This document shows positions 19,345-28,984 of a DNA stretch of 64,000 nucleotides, piece by piece (within the stretch, counting starts at the first letter, position 1; each line of letters opens with the position of its first letter). The translations under genes were made by a program, and so were the position numbers. Source of the stretch: Candidatus Heimdallarchaeota archaeon (GTDB taxonomy: Archaea > Asgardarchaeota > Heimdallarchaeia > Heimdallarchaeales > Heimdallarchaeaceae); NCBI GenBank assembly GCA_030603365.1, contig JAUVXV010000005.1, positions 152,063 to 216,062 on the forward strand, read 5' to 3'. Below the pieces are notes generated by a model. The model did no database searches. It was not told the origin of the DNA and was given only the letters and a program-made list of their open reading frames with translations.

Positions 19345-19612
19345 TACCAATTACTTGATTCACGTTTAGAAGGTTTAAGCTCTGTTGAAGCTAAAGAGAA
19401 ACTTGAAAAATATGAGACAAACACCATACTTTCAGGACGATCAATCAACCCATGAATACCTTCATCAGGACTACACTTCTAGCCATACTTGATTGGGAAT
19501 CATCTTTCTAACTGTCATCACAATATTCTTCGCTGAAGAGATTAGAAAATTCGTAATTCAGAAAATGTATCCACTCCATGATGTCCCAGAATACGATTCA
19601 AGCAGTTGTTAG
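19345..19612 (+). pseudogene. Internally deleted remnant of a second P-type ATPase (N-terminus joined to C-terminus)
   Basis: YQLLDSRLEGLSSVEAKEKLEKYETNTILSGRSINP* (cation ATPase N-terminal motif), then LLAILDW, frameshift, IIFLTVITIFFAEEIRKFV (last TM, compare DWGLII...FEIFR). Confidence 0.8.
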
Positions 19613-19705
19613 AATTTCATATTTAAATCTTTCCTATTTTTAAGTGTTTTGGCGAAACGACGAAAAAGTGATGCAATATGTTTAAGAGTGACCGATTCTC
19701 ATACT

Positions 19706-19870
19706 ATGTTAGTCCAGGTGATAATGATGGCAGTAGTTACTTTGCCTTTCTTTACAGTTTTCTGGGTAGCAGTTGCTACAGCCATAGGATTAAGTATGTT
19801 AGTTTGGTTCTTCAAAGCATTAAGACCAGCAAAAGTAGATGTAGATCAAGCGACTAAATATCCAAAATAG
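19706..19870 (+). CDS. Small single-TM membrane protein (about 54 aa)
   Basis: Hydrophobic segment followed by KALRPAK; ATG at 19706. Confidence 0.55.
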   Translation: MLVQVIMMAVVTLPFFTVFWVAVATAIGLSMLVWFFKALRPAKVDVDQATKYPK

Positions 19871-19995
19871 TTTTCTCGTTTAAACATAGGTTTGAACAAT
19901 AAATGTTAAAAGTGTATATGATTCTGAAGAATCTAGAGAACACATATTTGCAATTGGCAATATTGTTCTCGAATTGTAAGATATAGGGGATTGAA

Positions 19996-22050
19996 TTGAG
20001 CAAGTTTACATTTCAGAATAGAATATTTACATTACTAATTTTCATGGTTTTAGTTAGTTCTTTCATAATTTCACCAATTGAAGCTGAATCAAACGTGGAA
20101 CAAAATGAAGATATATCTGTAAATTACTTAGTTTCAGAAGCGATTGGTATTCATCAAGATTCTCATTTTGATCTTTTTGGTTTTCCTGGAAACGGGACAG
20201 AATCCAATCCCTATATTATTGAAAATCTTAAAATTATCACAGTTGCAGGATCTGGAATTTATATCGGTGATACTACTAAGCACTTCATAGTCAGAAACTG
20301 CTATATAGATGCATATTACTATGGTATTAATATCTTTAATTGTGCCTCTGGAACTGCAACACTCTTTAATAATACTTGCAATAGTATTAAGGGAGGAACT
20401 GGTATACAAGCCACTTTTTGCTTAAATGTTACAATAACAGATAATATCTGTGAGAATGACTATTATGGAATTAACATAGAATCATGTGAAAACTCAACAA
20501 TAAGTAACAATGAATGTGGTTTCAACACAGCACCTTTAAGTTTGATTTATAGTCATGGTTCTTATTTGTTTAATAACACCTGTGATTACAGCAAAGCCAC
20601 AGGACTATACTTAAACTATTGTGATAACACAATTATAGCAAACAACACTTTACACGAAATTGGTGCAAATTATGGGACAGCTGATACGGGTATTATCGTG
20701 GAGTACTCAGATAATGTGACAATGAAACACAATGTTATCTCTGATTGTGAAATCGGTATTCATCTTTTTGCAGTTACTGGAAGTTTATTGACAGATAATG
20801 TGATTATGAGATGTAGTTCATATGGTGTTTATTCTAGTTGGTTTGCATTGGATTGGCCTTCAGCTAACAACACTTTTCATCATAACTATTTCATAGCAAA
20901 TTCGTACTATTATGGTTACTGGAGTCAACCAACCTCACAAGCATCAGACAGTGGGCAGAATAGTATGTGGTATGATGTTAATACAAACGTTGGCAACTAT
21001 TGGTCGAATTACACAGGTGTAGGTGTGTATTTTATAGACGGTGGGGTATATTACTATGATCCTTATCCAATGGAAGTTGTTGATTCAGATTTGGATGGTC
21101 TAGACGATATGCAAGAAATTTACGCTTATTTTACTAATCCATACAAAAATGATACTGATGGAGACATGTTACTGGATGGTGAAGAAGTTAAGATCTACTT
21201 TACAGATCCTTTGAGAATTGATACAGATTACGACGGTTTAACTGATGGAGAAGAAGTGTTGATTTATGGTACAGAACCAGACACTCAAGACACAGATCAT
21301 GATGAACTAAAAGACGGAGAAGAAATATTTGTATATGGTACTCACCCAAGACTAGCAGATACAGATGGTGATAAAATGCCTGATGGGTGGGAAGTAATGA
21401 ATGGATTAGATCCTTTAGTAATGAATGCTGATGAAGATCCTGACGATGATGGTCTTCTTAACAAAGATGAGCTTGAGGAACGAACTGAACCATTGAATCC
21501 TGATTCCGATGAAGATTTCCTTATAGATGGATTAGAAGTTTATATCTACCATACCAGCCCACTAAATAACGATACAGATGGTGATGGAGCAAAAGACGGT
21601 ATAGAAGTGCATGAATATGGCTGTGACCCATTGGACAAAGATACTGACGATGACGGTCTTTGGGATGGAAAAGAAATCAATAATCACTTTACTTCACCTA
21701 CTGATAAAGACTCAGACGATGATGGAATGGATGATGGTTGGGAAGTGAAATACCAATTTGATCCTTTAGATGATGCTGATGCTGATGGAGATCCCGACGA
21801 TGATGGTCTCACGAATGCTGAAGAATTCTTCTATGGAACTCACCCTAAGTATTGGGATACAGATGAAGACGGGTTCTCTGATGGTCATGAAGTCCGTGTA
21901 GGAACTAATCCTCTCTTAATTACAGATCACCCAATGGCTAGGGAAGATGTCATTAGAATGGGTGTAGGTATAGGTTTAGCTTCCGCTGGTGTTATTGGAG
22001 TAGTAATTTACATACTATTTAAGAAGAAGATAATAAGATTCAGAAAATAG
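19996..22050 (+). CDS. Surface protein: parallel beta-helix (NosD/CASH-like), Ca-binding DxDxDG (thrombospondin type 3-like) repeats, C-terminal TM
   Basis: GNGTESNPYIIE, NNTC repeats, GNYW; about 13 DTDGDGLxDGxE-type repeats; TM plus KKK tail. Confidence 0.85.
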   Translation: MSKFTFQNRIFTLLIFMVLVSSFIISPIEAESNVEQNEDISVNYLVSEAIGIHQDSHFDLFGFPGNGTESNPYIIENLKIITVAGSGIYIGDTTKHFIVRNCYIDAYYYGINIFNCASGTATLFNNTCNSIKGGTGIQATFCLNVTITDNICENDYYGINIESCENSTISNNECGFNTAPLSLIYSHGSYLFNNTCDYSKATGLYLNYCDNTIIANNTLHEIGANYGTADTGIIVEYSDNVTMKHNVISDCEIGIHLFAVTGSLLTDNVIMRCSSYGVYSSWFALDWPSANNTFHHNYFIANSYYYGYWSQPTSQASDSGQNSMWYDVNTNVGNYWSNYTGVGVYFIDGGVYYYDPYPMEVVDSDLDGLDDMQEIYAYFTNPYKNDTDGDMLLDGEEVKIYFTDPLRIDTDYDGLTDGEEVLIYGTEPDTQDTDHDELKDGEEIFVYGTHPRLADTDGDKMPDGWEVMNGLDPLVMNADEDPDDDGLLNKDELEERTEPLNPDSDEDFLIDGLEVYIYHTSPLNNDTDGDGAKDGIEVHEYGCDPLDKDTDDDGLWDGKEINNHFTSPTDKDSDDDGMDDGWEVKYQFDPLDDADADGDPDDDGLTNAEEFFYGTHPKYWDTDEDGFSDGHEVRVGTNPLLITDHPMAREDVIRMGVGIGLASAGVIGVVIYILFKKKIIRFRK

Positions 22051-22064
22051 AATCTTTTCTTTTT

Positions 22065-22625
22065 TTACAATCCCATTTGATAATAGATTTTATCGATTAA
22101 TCTCTCAAAAGCAGAATTAACATTTTGACCAGATTTGGCGGATGTTTCTATGTAATCAACTTTCAATCCTCCCCACTCACTTAGAACCTGAGCATAAGTC
22201 ATTGCAGAAGTTTTATCTACTTGAACCTCATCAGGTGTTGTTCCTCTTAAATCAGTTTTATTACCTACCATTAAGATAGGAATGAGTTTGTTGTCATTGT
22301 ACTTGATCATTTCATTGATCCAGTAATCTATGTTAGTGAAAGTATTAGGTCTTGTAACATCAAACACAACCATAGCCCCATAAGAATTAGCATAATATGC
22401 TCCTCTTACTTCTGAAAACCTAGGTTGTCCTGCTAAATCCCAGATTTGCAAGCTAACAATATAATCTTCGTAAGGAACTTGCTTTACGCTGAAATCAGCA
22501 CCAATTGTCATCAAATAATTTTCTCTAAAGGATTTTCCTAAGTAATTTCTTCGTAAACTTGTCTTTCCTACAGCTCCGTCTCCGATGAGTACGACTTTAA
22601 AGATTCTTCCAGGTTGCATTGGCAT
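22065..22625 (-). CDS. Rab-like small GTPase
   Basis: GDGAVGKTS, YLMTIGADF, WDLAGQPRF, NKTD, ETSAK. Confidence 0.95.
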   Translation of the reverse strand: MPMQPGRIFKVVLIGDGAVGKTSLRRNYLGKSFRENYLMTIGADFSVKQVPYEDYIVSLQIWDLAGQPRFSEVRGAYYANSYGAMVVFDVTRPNTFTNIDYWINEMIKYNDNKLIPILMVGNKTDLRGTTPDEVQVDKTSAMTYAQVLSEWGGLKVDYIETSAKSGQNVNSAFERLIDKIYYQMGL

Positions 22626-22781
22626 TAGAGATTCTATTAAAACTTCTAATATTCACATTTAAAGTTTATTGTGTTTCAATATACTACACATAGATTACTT
22701 CTGGTCAAATTAGAGGAAAAGCATACGCTTAGTTTTTGATGGAAACTAGTCTTTAAATTCTATTGAGAGATTCAATATATA

Positions 22782-23264
22782 GTGACTAAAATGAACGTGG
22801 GAGATACTATTCCTGATTTTACTTTAAAAGATCAAAATAACGAAGAATTCCGATTGTATGATATAGAAGATAAGATGGTTTTGCTTTCATTCCATCCTCT
22901 TGCTTGGACTAGTGTTTGTGCAAAACAAATGCAGTCTCTAGAGGATTATAAAGATGAGTTAGAAAGTTTAGACACCATTCCTATAGGTGTGAGTGTAGAC
23001 ACAAGTCCTTCGAAGAAAGCTTGGACAGAAGTTATAGGTGTAAATAATGTCCGGTTACTATCTGATTTTTGGCCTCATGGAGATTTATCAAAAAACTTAG
23101 GTATATTTTTGGAAGATAAGGGAGTTTCAAAACGAGCTAATATTTTAATAGGCAAAAACAAAGAAATTTTGTTTATGAAAATCTATGAGATGTCTACCCT
23201 TCCTAATCTTGACGAAGTTACAGATTTCATAAGAAACGAGAGAATTAAAAAACGAGAATTATAG
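22782..23264 (+). CDS. Peroxiredoxin, AhpE-like (1-Cys)
   Basis: FHPLAWTSVC (PxxxTxxC) and LLSDFWPHG. Confidence 0.9.
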   Translation: MTKMNVGDTIPDFTLKDQNNEEFRLYDIEDKMVLLSFHPLAWTSVCAKQMQSLEDYKDELESLDTIPIGVSVDTSPSKKAWTEVIGVNNVRLLSDFWPHGDLSKNLGIFLEDKGVSKRANILIGKNKEILFMKIYEMSTLPNLDEVTDFIRNERIKKREL

Positions 23265-23273
23265 GCGTTCAAC

Positions 23274-23744
23274 ATGCTGAAAGAAGGAAATAGCGCACCA
23301 GATTTTACGCTCAGAGATAAAGATGGAAATGAAGTAAGTTTGAAAGATTTCAAGAATCAATGGATTGTGGTTTATTTCTATCCCAAAGCTGATACTCCTG
23401 GATGTACCATTGAAGCGTTAGATTTTACTGCAAATATTGACACATTTTCTGATAAACGAGCAACAATCTTAGGGATAAGTAATGATCCTGAAGCAAAACT
23501 AGATAAATTCATCAATAAACACAACCTGAAAATTATTCTGTTAAGTGATCCTGAGCACAAGGTGATAGCAAACTATGGTGCATGGGTAAAGAAACAAATG
23601 TATGGTAAAGAATACATGGGTACACAACGAAGCACTTTCTTAATTAACCCAAATGGTCAAATAGAAAGAATCTGGAATGAAGTTAAGGTTAAAGGACATG
23701 TAGAGGAAGTAAAGAATCTCTTACTTGAACTTTCTTTAGAGTAG
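23274..23744 (+). CDS. bcp: Peroxiredoxin, BCP/PrxQ family (single Cys)
   Basis: YFYPKADTPGCTIEALDF, RSTFLI. Confidence 0.9.
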   Translation: MLKEGNSAPDFTLRDKDGNEVSLKDFKNQWIVVYFYPKADTPGCTIEALDFTANIDTFSDKRATILGISNDPEAKLDKFINKHNLKIILLSDPEHKVIANYGAWVKKQMYGKEYMGTQRSTFLINPNGQIERIWNEVKVKGHVEEVKNLLLELSLE

Positions 23745-23752
23745 GTGATATT

Positions 23753-24217
23753 ATGTTAAAAATTGGAACCAAAGCACCTGTTTTCTGTTTACCAGATGAG
23801 AATAAAAAAGAAATATGCCTGGAACAATACAAAGGCAAATGGATAGTACTTTATTTCTATCCTAAAGACCAAACTCCAGGATGTACAAAAGAAGCCTGCG
23901 ATTTTTCTGATAACTATAAAGCTTTTACTGATTTGAATGCTGTAGTTATAGGTATTAGTGCAGATTCGCCTGAAAGTCATATGAGCTTCAAATCAAAAAG
24001 AAAACTATCTATAACACTTCTAAGTGATGAAAAACTCAAAGTTGTAGAAGACTATGAAGCCAGAACAACTTCAATTCTGGAAAGAATTATTACTAAGGTT
24101 AAGAGAGTTACATATCTTATAAATCCCGAAGGAAAAATTGCTCAAACTTGGAGCAAAGTCAAGGTTGTTGGTCACACAGAAGATGTTAGAAAAACACTTG
24201 TAAATTTGATGAAATAA
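23753..24217 (+). CDS. bcp: Peroxiredoxin, BCP/PrxQ family (CxxxxC)
   Basis: YFYPKDQTPGCTKEACDF. Confidence 0.9.
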   Translation: MLKIGTKAPVFCLPDENKKEICLEQYKGKWIVLYFYPKDQTPGCTKEACDFSDNYKAFTDLNAVVIGISADSPESHMSFKSKRKLSITLLSDEKLKVVEDYEARTTSILERIITKVKRVTYLINPEGKIAQTWSKVKVVGHTEDVRKTLVNLMK

Positions 24218-24229
24218 GGAGGAATACTA

Positions 24230-24790
24230 TTGGAATTTAATGATGTTATTGAAAAAAGAAGTGCATATCGAGCATTAGACTATGTAGAGATTACAGATGA
24301 ACTCATTCATAATATTGCTTACACTGCATCAAGATCTGCTTCTTGTGCTAACAAACAACCCTGGAGATTTGTCTTTGTCAGAAATAAAGAAAAACTTACA
24401 GAACTTCATGAAGCTCTTTCTGGTGGTAATTATTGGGCTAAAGAAGCGTCTATGCTTATCGCAGTTTATAGCAAGAAAGAATTCGATTGTGTGATTGGAG
24501 AGAGAGAATACTACCTCTTTGGAACTGGTATGGCTACAGCGCATTTGATGCTTGCAATCGTAAATCAAGGTCTTGTAGCACATGCAATGGCAGGATTTGA
24601 TGAAAATTTGGCAAAAGAAATTCTCAAAATACCCGAAGAAATACGTTTGATAACTCTAATCGCAGTTGGAAAGAAAACTGATGATTTATCGAAACTGGGT
24701 GATAAACATAAAGAAGTAGAAATTAAAAGGTCAACTAGAAAAGAATTCGAGGAATATGCTTCAATTGATGAATATCATTCAGAAGGATAG
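24230..24790 (+). CDS. Nitroreductase family flavoprotein
   Basis: KRSAYR, SASCANKQPWRFVFV, LMLAIVNQGL. Confidence 0.9.
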   Translation: MEFNDVIEKRSAYRALDYVEITDELIHNIAYTASRSASCANKQPWRFVFVRNKEKLTELHEALSGGNYWAKEASMLIAVYSKKEFDCVIGEREYYLFGTGMATAHLMLAIVNQGLVAHAMAGFDENLAKEILKIPEEIRLITLIAVGKKTDDLSKLGDKHKEVEIKRSTRKEFEEYASIDEYHSEG

Positions 24791-24877
24791 TGTCATTAGA
24801 TGCATTAAAACTAGGAATACTTCATTCTTAAGGTAAAGAAGTTTCAAATACTTTTTATAATCCTTTTCATATTTTAA

Positions 24878-25726
24878 TTGAAGATTATGGAAGCATCCGA
24901 TACTAAGCTAGCTCTAGATGAGATAAAACTCAATTTCACTAGAATCTCAAATAATTTACTTAAACAGATACCAATTCTAGCATTCATTGGAACAGTCTTA
25001 ATGGTAATATTTACTTTATCAAGCCATTTAGTTCTAAAAGATGAAATTATCAACCATATAACCTTCTTAACTCCCGATATTTATACACTTATTTCTATAC
25101 TTGGTTTTCAGTTAGCTTCAGCTAATATAAGTTCAGCAATGCTGGCATCATTCACCATTATATTTGCAATCGCCTTTCTAGTGGTTTTGGTTATTATTTC
25201 TCATCAAATCTATAATATCAGTAAGAATTTTTGGTCATTATCAAAAATAGATATAACCCTCAAACAGTCTAGATATGTATACCTCTCAATATATGTTTAT
25301 ATCTTTTTTACATCCATCAGTTATATTTTGCCAAGCTTTGGTTGGATAATTGCGATTATAATTGCTAACATTGCACTCTTTGTAGGTTTCTTCTACTTTC
25401 ATCAAATTCTGAAAAAATATGGAATCAGATTACAAATTTTGAAAGATACCTCTATCTATATGGGAGTAAGTTCAGCTTTTAACATAATTGCATATTGTTT
25501 AGTTTTTATTGATATTAGTTTCTTACTTGTTTCAGTCTTAGGATATTTGTTTTTCTTTTTGGGTTTCAGACGATTCAAAACACAGGTACAATTTATTGCT
25601 CCTATTGTTCGAGATGCACCTCCACCACCAACCATTGCTGCACCTGTAGGACCTGCACCAAGACCGACTATAGGACCCCAAATACAAGAAATTATTGATG
25701 ATGTACCCTCTCCTAGTGATCAATGA
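24878..25726 (+). CDS. Multi-pass membrane protein with Pro-rich C-terminal tail
   Basis: About 6 TM; tail APPPPTIAAPVGPAPRPTIGP. Confidence 0.7.
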   Translation: MKIMEASDTKLALDEIKLNFTRISNNLLKQIPILAFIGTVLMVIFTLSSHLVLKDEIINHITFLTPDIYTLISILGFQLASANISSAMLASFTIIFAIAFLVVLVIISHQIYNISKNFWSLSKIDITLKQSRYVYLSIYVYIFFTSISYILPSFGWIIAIIIANIALFVGFFYFHQILKKYGIRLQILKDTSIYMGVSSAFNIIAYCLVFIDISFLLVSVLGYLFFFLGFRRFKTQVQFIAPIVRDAPPPPTIAAPVGPAPRPTIGPQIQEIIDDVPSPSDQ

Positions 25727-25730
25727 TTAT

Positions 25731-27317
25731 CTATTCATTCTTAGAAATCAATTTCTTTTTAGATATTCTCAGTACAACATATGTGATTAGAGCTAGAAAA
25801 GTAGTTCCTCCCACTGATAGACCTATTATTAAGCCAATTTTAGATTGCTGCAAAGACAAAGTGCCTATTGAATTATATTTATCTGTATCATTCGACAAAT
25901 GCCCTGCTTCATCTTCTACAACAAGAGTTATCTCTTGAGCATCTTCATCTATATTTTCTAAAGAGTATCTAATTTTAGTAGGTTGCCAAAAACGAGGAAA
26001 AGTTATTTGTTCACTTTCAACAAGTTGACCATCAATTGTAATATAATATTTACCAGTAAACTCTGTTTTTGCTCTAAAATTATACCATACATCCCACTCA
26101 ATATAATCTTGAATTTCATCTTTAATGATTTGAGGTTGTGAAACAATAGGGGCAAAACGAAATCGTTCAGTTTGGTACACACCATGACTTTCTTTTACTG
26201 TTCTTGGAAAAGACATTTCCCATACAATATCACCATTCCGATTTACTTCAACTAGTCTAGCACCATAGTTAGAATTAGGATGTGAATGCGTACCGAATGT
26301 ACCAAAAAAGTTTCCATTGGGTAGAAGATCACAGTCTCCCCAGATTTTGCTGAAATAATCTACTGGAGCAATCCATTCCCAGGTAACATAAGCTTCCATT
26401 TTGTCTTCATCTATAGTGATTTCCATCAATCTAGATGATTGGTTTAGAGCATCTGTTAGGTTATGTTGATCATTATCGAATAGAATGAACGTATTTTCAT
26501 TTATCATTTCCAAGGCATGAGGATGAAAGAATAGGATATCTCGTGATTTCCCGTTTAAGTCAAAAAGAGAAAAATTACCATACTCGCCCAAAGACCATAG
26601 TACTTCCTTAGTTTTATGATCAATTTTGTAAAAGGAATTAACATTTCTAAGTAGAAAATAAAGATCATCTCCCACTTCATCATAAATTACTGTATTCGTG
26701 TGAGTTAAATCTCTATAACCTCCTGTCATCTCACCAAAAACACACCATTGATCTGCAGAAACTATATTTTCAGTTCGAAAAGACCAAATAAGTTGTTTAG
26801 GAATAGTGACTTCCCTCACAGTATCATACAAATAATCCTCGCCCTCTATTTCCATATAGTAGTTGCTGAGCAAGAAATAGGTATCATTAGCATAGTTCTT
26901 TTCAATATCATGATGGCTTCTAAAATTAAGATCCTCAATAACATCTGTCTCAATATTCCATAATTTAGCTCCTTCTGCATCAGAATAGAGGATAGTTGTA
27001 GAGTTAACGAATTCAGTTGATACATGCAATCCTAACATATCAGTTCCTATTACTTTTTGAAAATAGAAATTCCCTTCTAAGTCAGAAATGATTATGGATT
27101 TGTTATAAACGAATTCATCTTTTTCGTTAATTTCTAAAATAAATAAATTATAACCTTCAAAATAATCTGGATTTGTTTCTGTTTCAGCTAAAACATCAAT
27201 AGAAGTTACTATACGTAGATTGTTAAATTTAAGATAGCAAACAGTTGAAGAATATAGAAGCATAGAAAGTAAAAACAATACTCCCATTTTTGAATATAAA
27301 TTCTTGAACTTCATCAC
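25731..27317 (-). CDS. Arylsulfotransferase (ASST)-like surface protein, copy 5
   Basis: HHD, THTN, LRN, HPH and WGDCDLLPNGN motifs; signal peptide and C-terminal TM. Confidence 0.8.
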   Translation of the reverse strand: MMKFKNLYSKMGVLFLLSMLLYSSTVCYLKFNNLRIVTSIDVLAETETNPDYFEGYNLFILEINEKDEFVYNKSIIISDLEGNFYFQKVIGTDMLGLHVSTEFVNSTTILYSDAEGAKLWNIETDVIEDLNFRSHHDIEKNYANDTYFLLSNYYMEIEGEDYLYDTVREVTIPKQLIWSFRTENIVSADQWCVFGEMTGGYRDLTHTNTVIYDEVGDDLYFLLRNVNSFYKIDHKTKEVLWSLGEYGNFSLFDLNGKSRDILFFHPHALEMINENTFILFDNDQHNLTDALNQSSRLMEITIDEDKMEAYVTWEWIAPVDYFSKIWGDCDLLPNGNFFGTFGTHSHPNSNYGARLVEVNRNGDIVWEMSFPRTVKESHGVYQTERFRFAPIVSQPQIIKDEIQDYIEWDVWYNFRAKTEFTGKYYITIDGQLVESEQITFPRFWQPTKIRYSLENIDEDAQEITLVVEDEAGHLSNDTDKYNSIGTLSLQQSKIGLIIGLSVGGTTFLALITYVVLRISKKKLISKNE

Positions 27318-27350
27318 AGAACACCTTGACTTATTTTTCTTCTTAAGTTG

Positions 27351-28952
27351 TCATAATTTCTTTTGTTTTCTCTTTCTTTTGATTTTTTGAGCATTTAAAA
27401 TCAAAGTCACAAGTATAAAAGAAAAAGAAATAATATAGACAGATTCTGAATGCATTTCGTTTATCAAGCTAATAGATATAAAACCTATTGGTGAATATCT
27501 ATCGCTTTCATTGGATTTGTGCCCTGCTTCATCTTCCACAACAAGAACAATATCGTGATTCTGAATGCTATCATAATCTGTGTAGTATCTTATCTTTTCC
27601 GATTGCCAGTATTTAGGAAAAGTAATAAGTTCCTCTTCAACCGTATCTCCATCCACACTTATGAAATAATTGCCAATAAATTCGGTTTTAGCACGAAAGT
27701 TGTACCAGACACTCCATTCTAAATATCCCGAACCTCCTCCTTCATCTATAAAGACCGGTTCAGATACAATTGGTGAGAAGTGAATTCTTTCTATTTTATA
27801 TACACCAAAAGTATATGAGTCTTGCTCTGGAAATGTCATCTCCCATGCAATATTCCCATCATAAGTGACTTCTACCAAACGTGCACCCAATCCTGTATTT
27901 GGATGTCTGTGAGTACCAAAAACACCTAGCCTATTGTTATTGGGTAGAACATCACAATCTCCCCATACGTCACTATAATATTCAATTGGTGAATTCCACT
28001 CCCATGTAACATTTGCTTGCATCTTATCTTCATCTATAACAATCTCAAGCAATCTTGACTGCTTATTATCAGCGTTAGTCTGGTTATGATAATCATTGTC
28101 AAATAAAACGAATGTATTATCATCTATTTTTTCAACTGCATGAGCATGATAGAACAAAACATCTTGTTGTTGTCCATTGATATCATAATTAGTGAAGTTT
28201 CCATATTCACCCAATCCCCATTTTACCTCTTTAGTTGGAATGTCAATTTTATAGAAAGTATTCACATTTCTTACATTAACATATAGAGAATCATCCTCTT
28301 CATCATAAAAGAGTGTATTAGCATGAGAATTGTCTCTTAAATCTCCTATCATATCTTCATACGGGCACCATTGATTTTCATTCAAGAAATCTCGAGTTGA
28401 TATGCTCCATATTCTAACACCCTCTTCAGTGTTCTCTTGAATGAAATCATATATGTATTTATTGTCACCAATAGTTATAGAATAACCAAACACTGAGAAA
28501 TAAGTGTTTCTTACGTGATTTTTTTCATAATCGTGATGCCCATCAACATTCAGTTCTTGTGTAACATTAGTTTCTATATTCCACAAATTTGCACCATTAT
28601 CATCACCGTACAAGATTGTGGTAGAATTGATGAATTCAGCTGGATAATCAACAAACACACTAGATGTTGCTAGTTGTCTTTCAAAGTAGATATTCCCATC
28701 CATGTCAGTAATAAGAAGTGTTCTATTCACAATTTTCCAGGTATTACTATCCCTTTTCTCAATAGCAAAAAGATTATACCCATCAAATCTTTTCTCTACA
28801 TCATTTTCTTCAAGATTAGCTTCAAAAAAATAATCACATGCTTGAACTCTATAATCGAAACTTGTTGAGGTTACACTCAAGTTTAGAATTATTAAAACTA
28901 AAATTAACAATCCTTTAAATTTCGAATGTAAATTGACATGCAAGCTAACCAT
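27351..28952 (-). CDS. Arylsulfotransferase (ASST)-like surface protein, copy 4
   Basis: HHD, SHAN, VRN, HAH, WGDCD. Confidence 0.8.
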   Translation of the reverse strand: MVSLHVNLHSKFKGLLILVLIILNLSVTSTSFDYRVQACDYFFEANLEENDVEKRFDGYNLFAIEKRDSNTWKIVNRTLLITDMDGNIYFERQLATSSVFVDYPAEFINSTTILYGDDNGANLWNIETNVTQELNVDGHHDYEKNHVRNTYFSVFGYSITIGDNKYIYDFIQENTEEGVRIWSISTRDFLNENQWCPYEDMIGDLRDNSHANTLFYDEEDDSLYVNVRNVNTFYKIDIPTKEVKWGLGEYGNFTNYDINGQQQDVLFYHAHAVEKIDDNTFVLFDNDYHNQTNADNKQSRLLEIVIDEDKMQANVTWEWNSPIEYYSDVWGDCDVLPNNNRLGVFGTHRHPNTGLGARLVEVTYDGNIAWEMTFPEQDSYTFGVYKIERIHFSPIVSEPVFIDEGGGSGYLEWSVWYNFRAKTEFIGNYFISVDGDTVEEELITFPKYWQSEKIRYYTDYDSIQNHDIVLVVEDEAGHKSNESDRYSPIGFISISLINEMHSESVYIISFSFILVTLILNAQKIKRKRKQKKL

Positions 28953-28984
28953 TAATATTTCAACTCAAGATACTCTTTTATTTC

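Noticed and set aside
21070-21930. Asp-rich repeats as a DNA repeat element
   Set aside because: They are protein-level Ca-binding DxDxDG repeats with diverged codons, a common surface-protein feature
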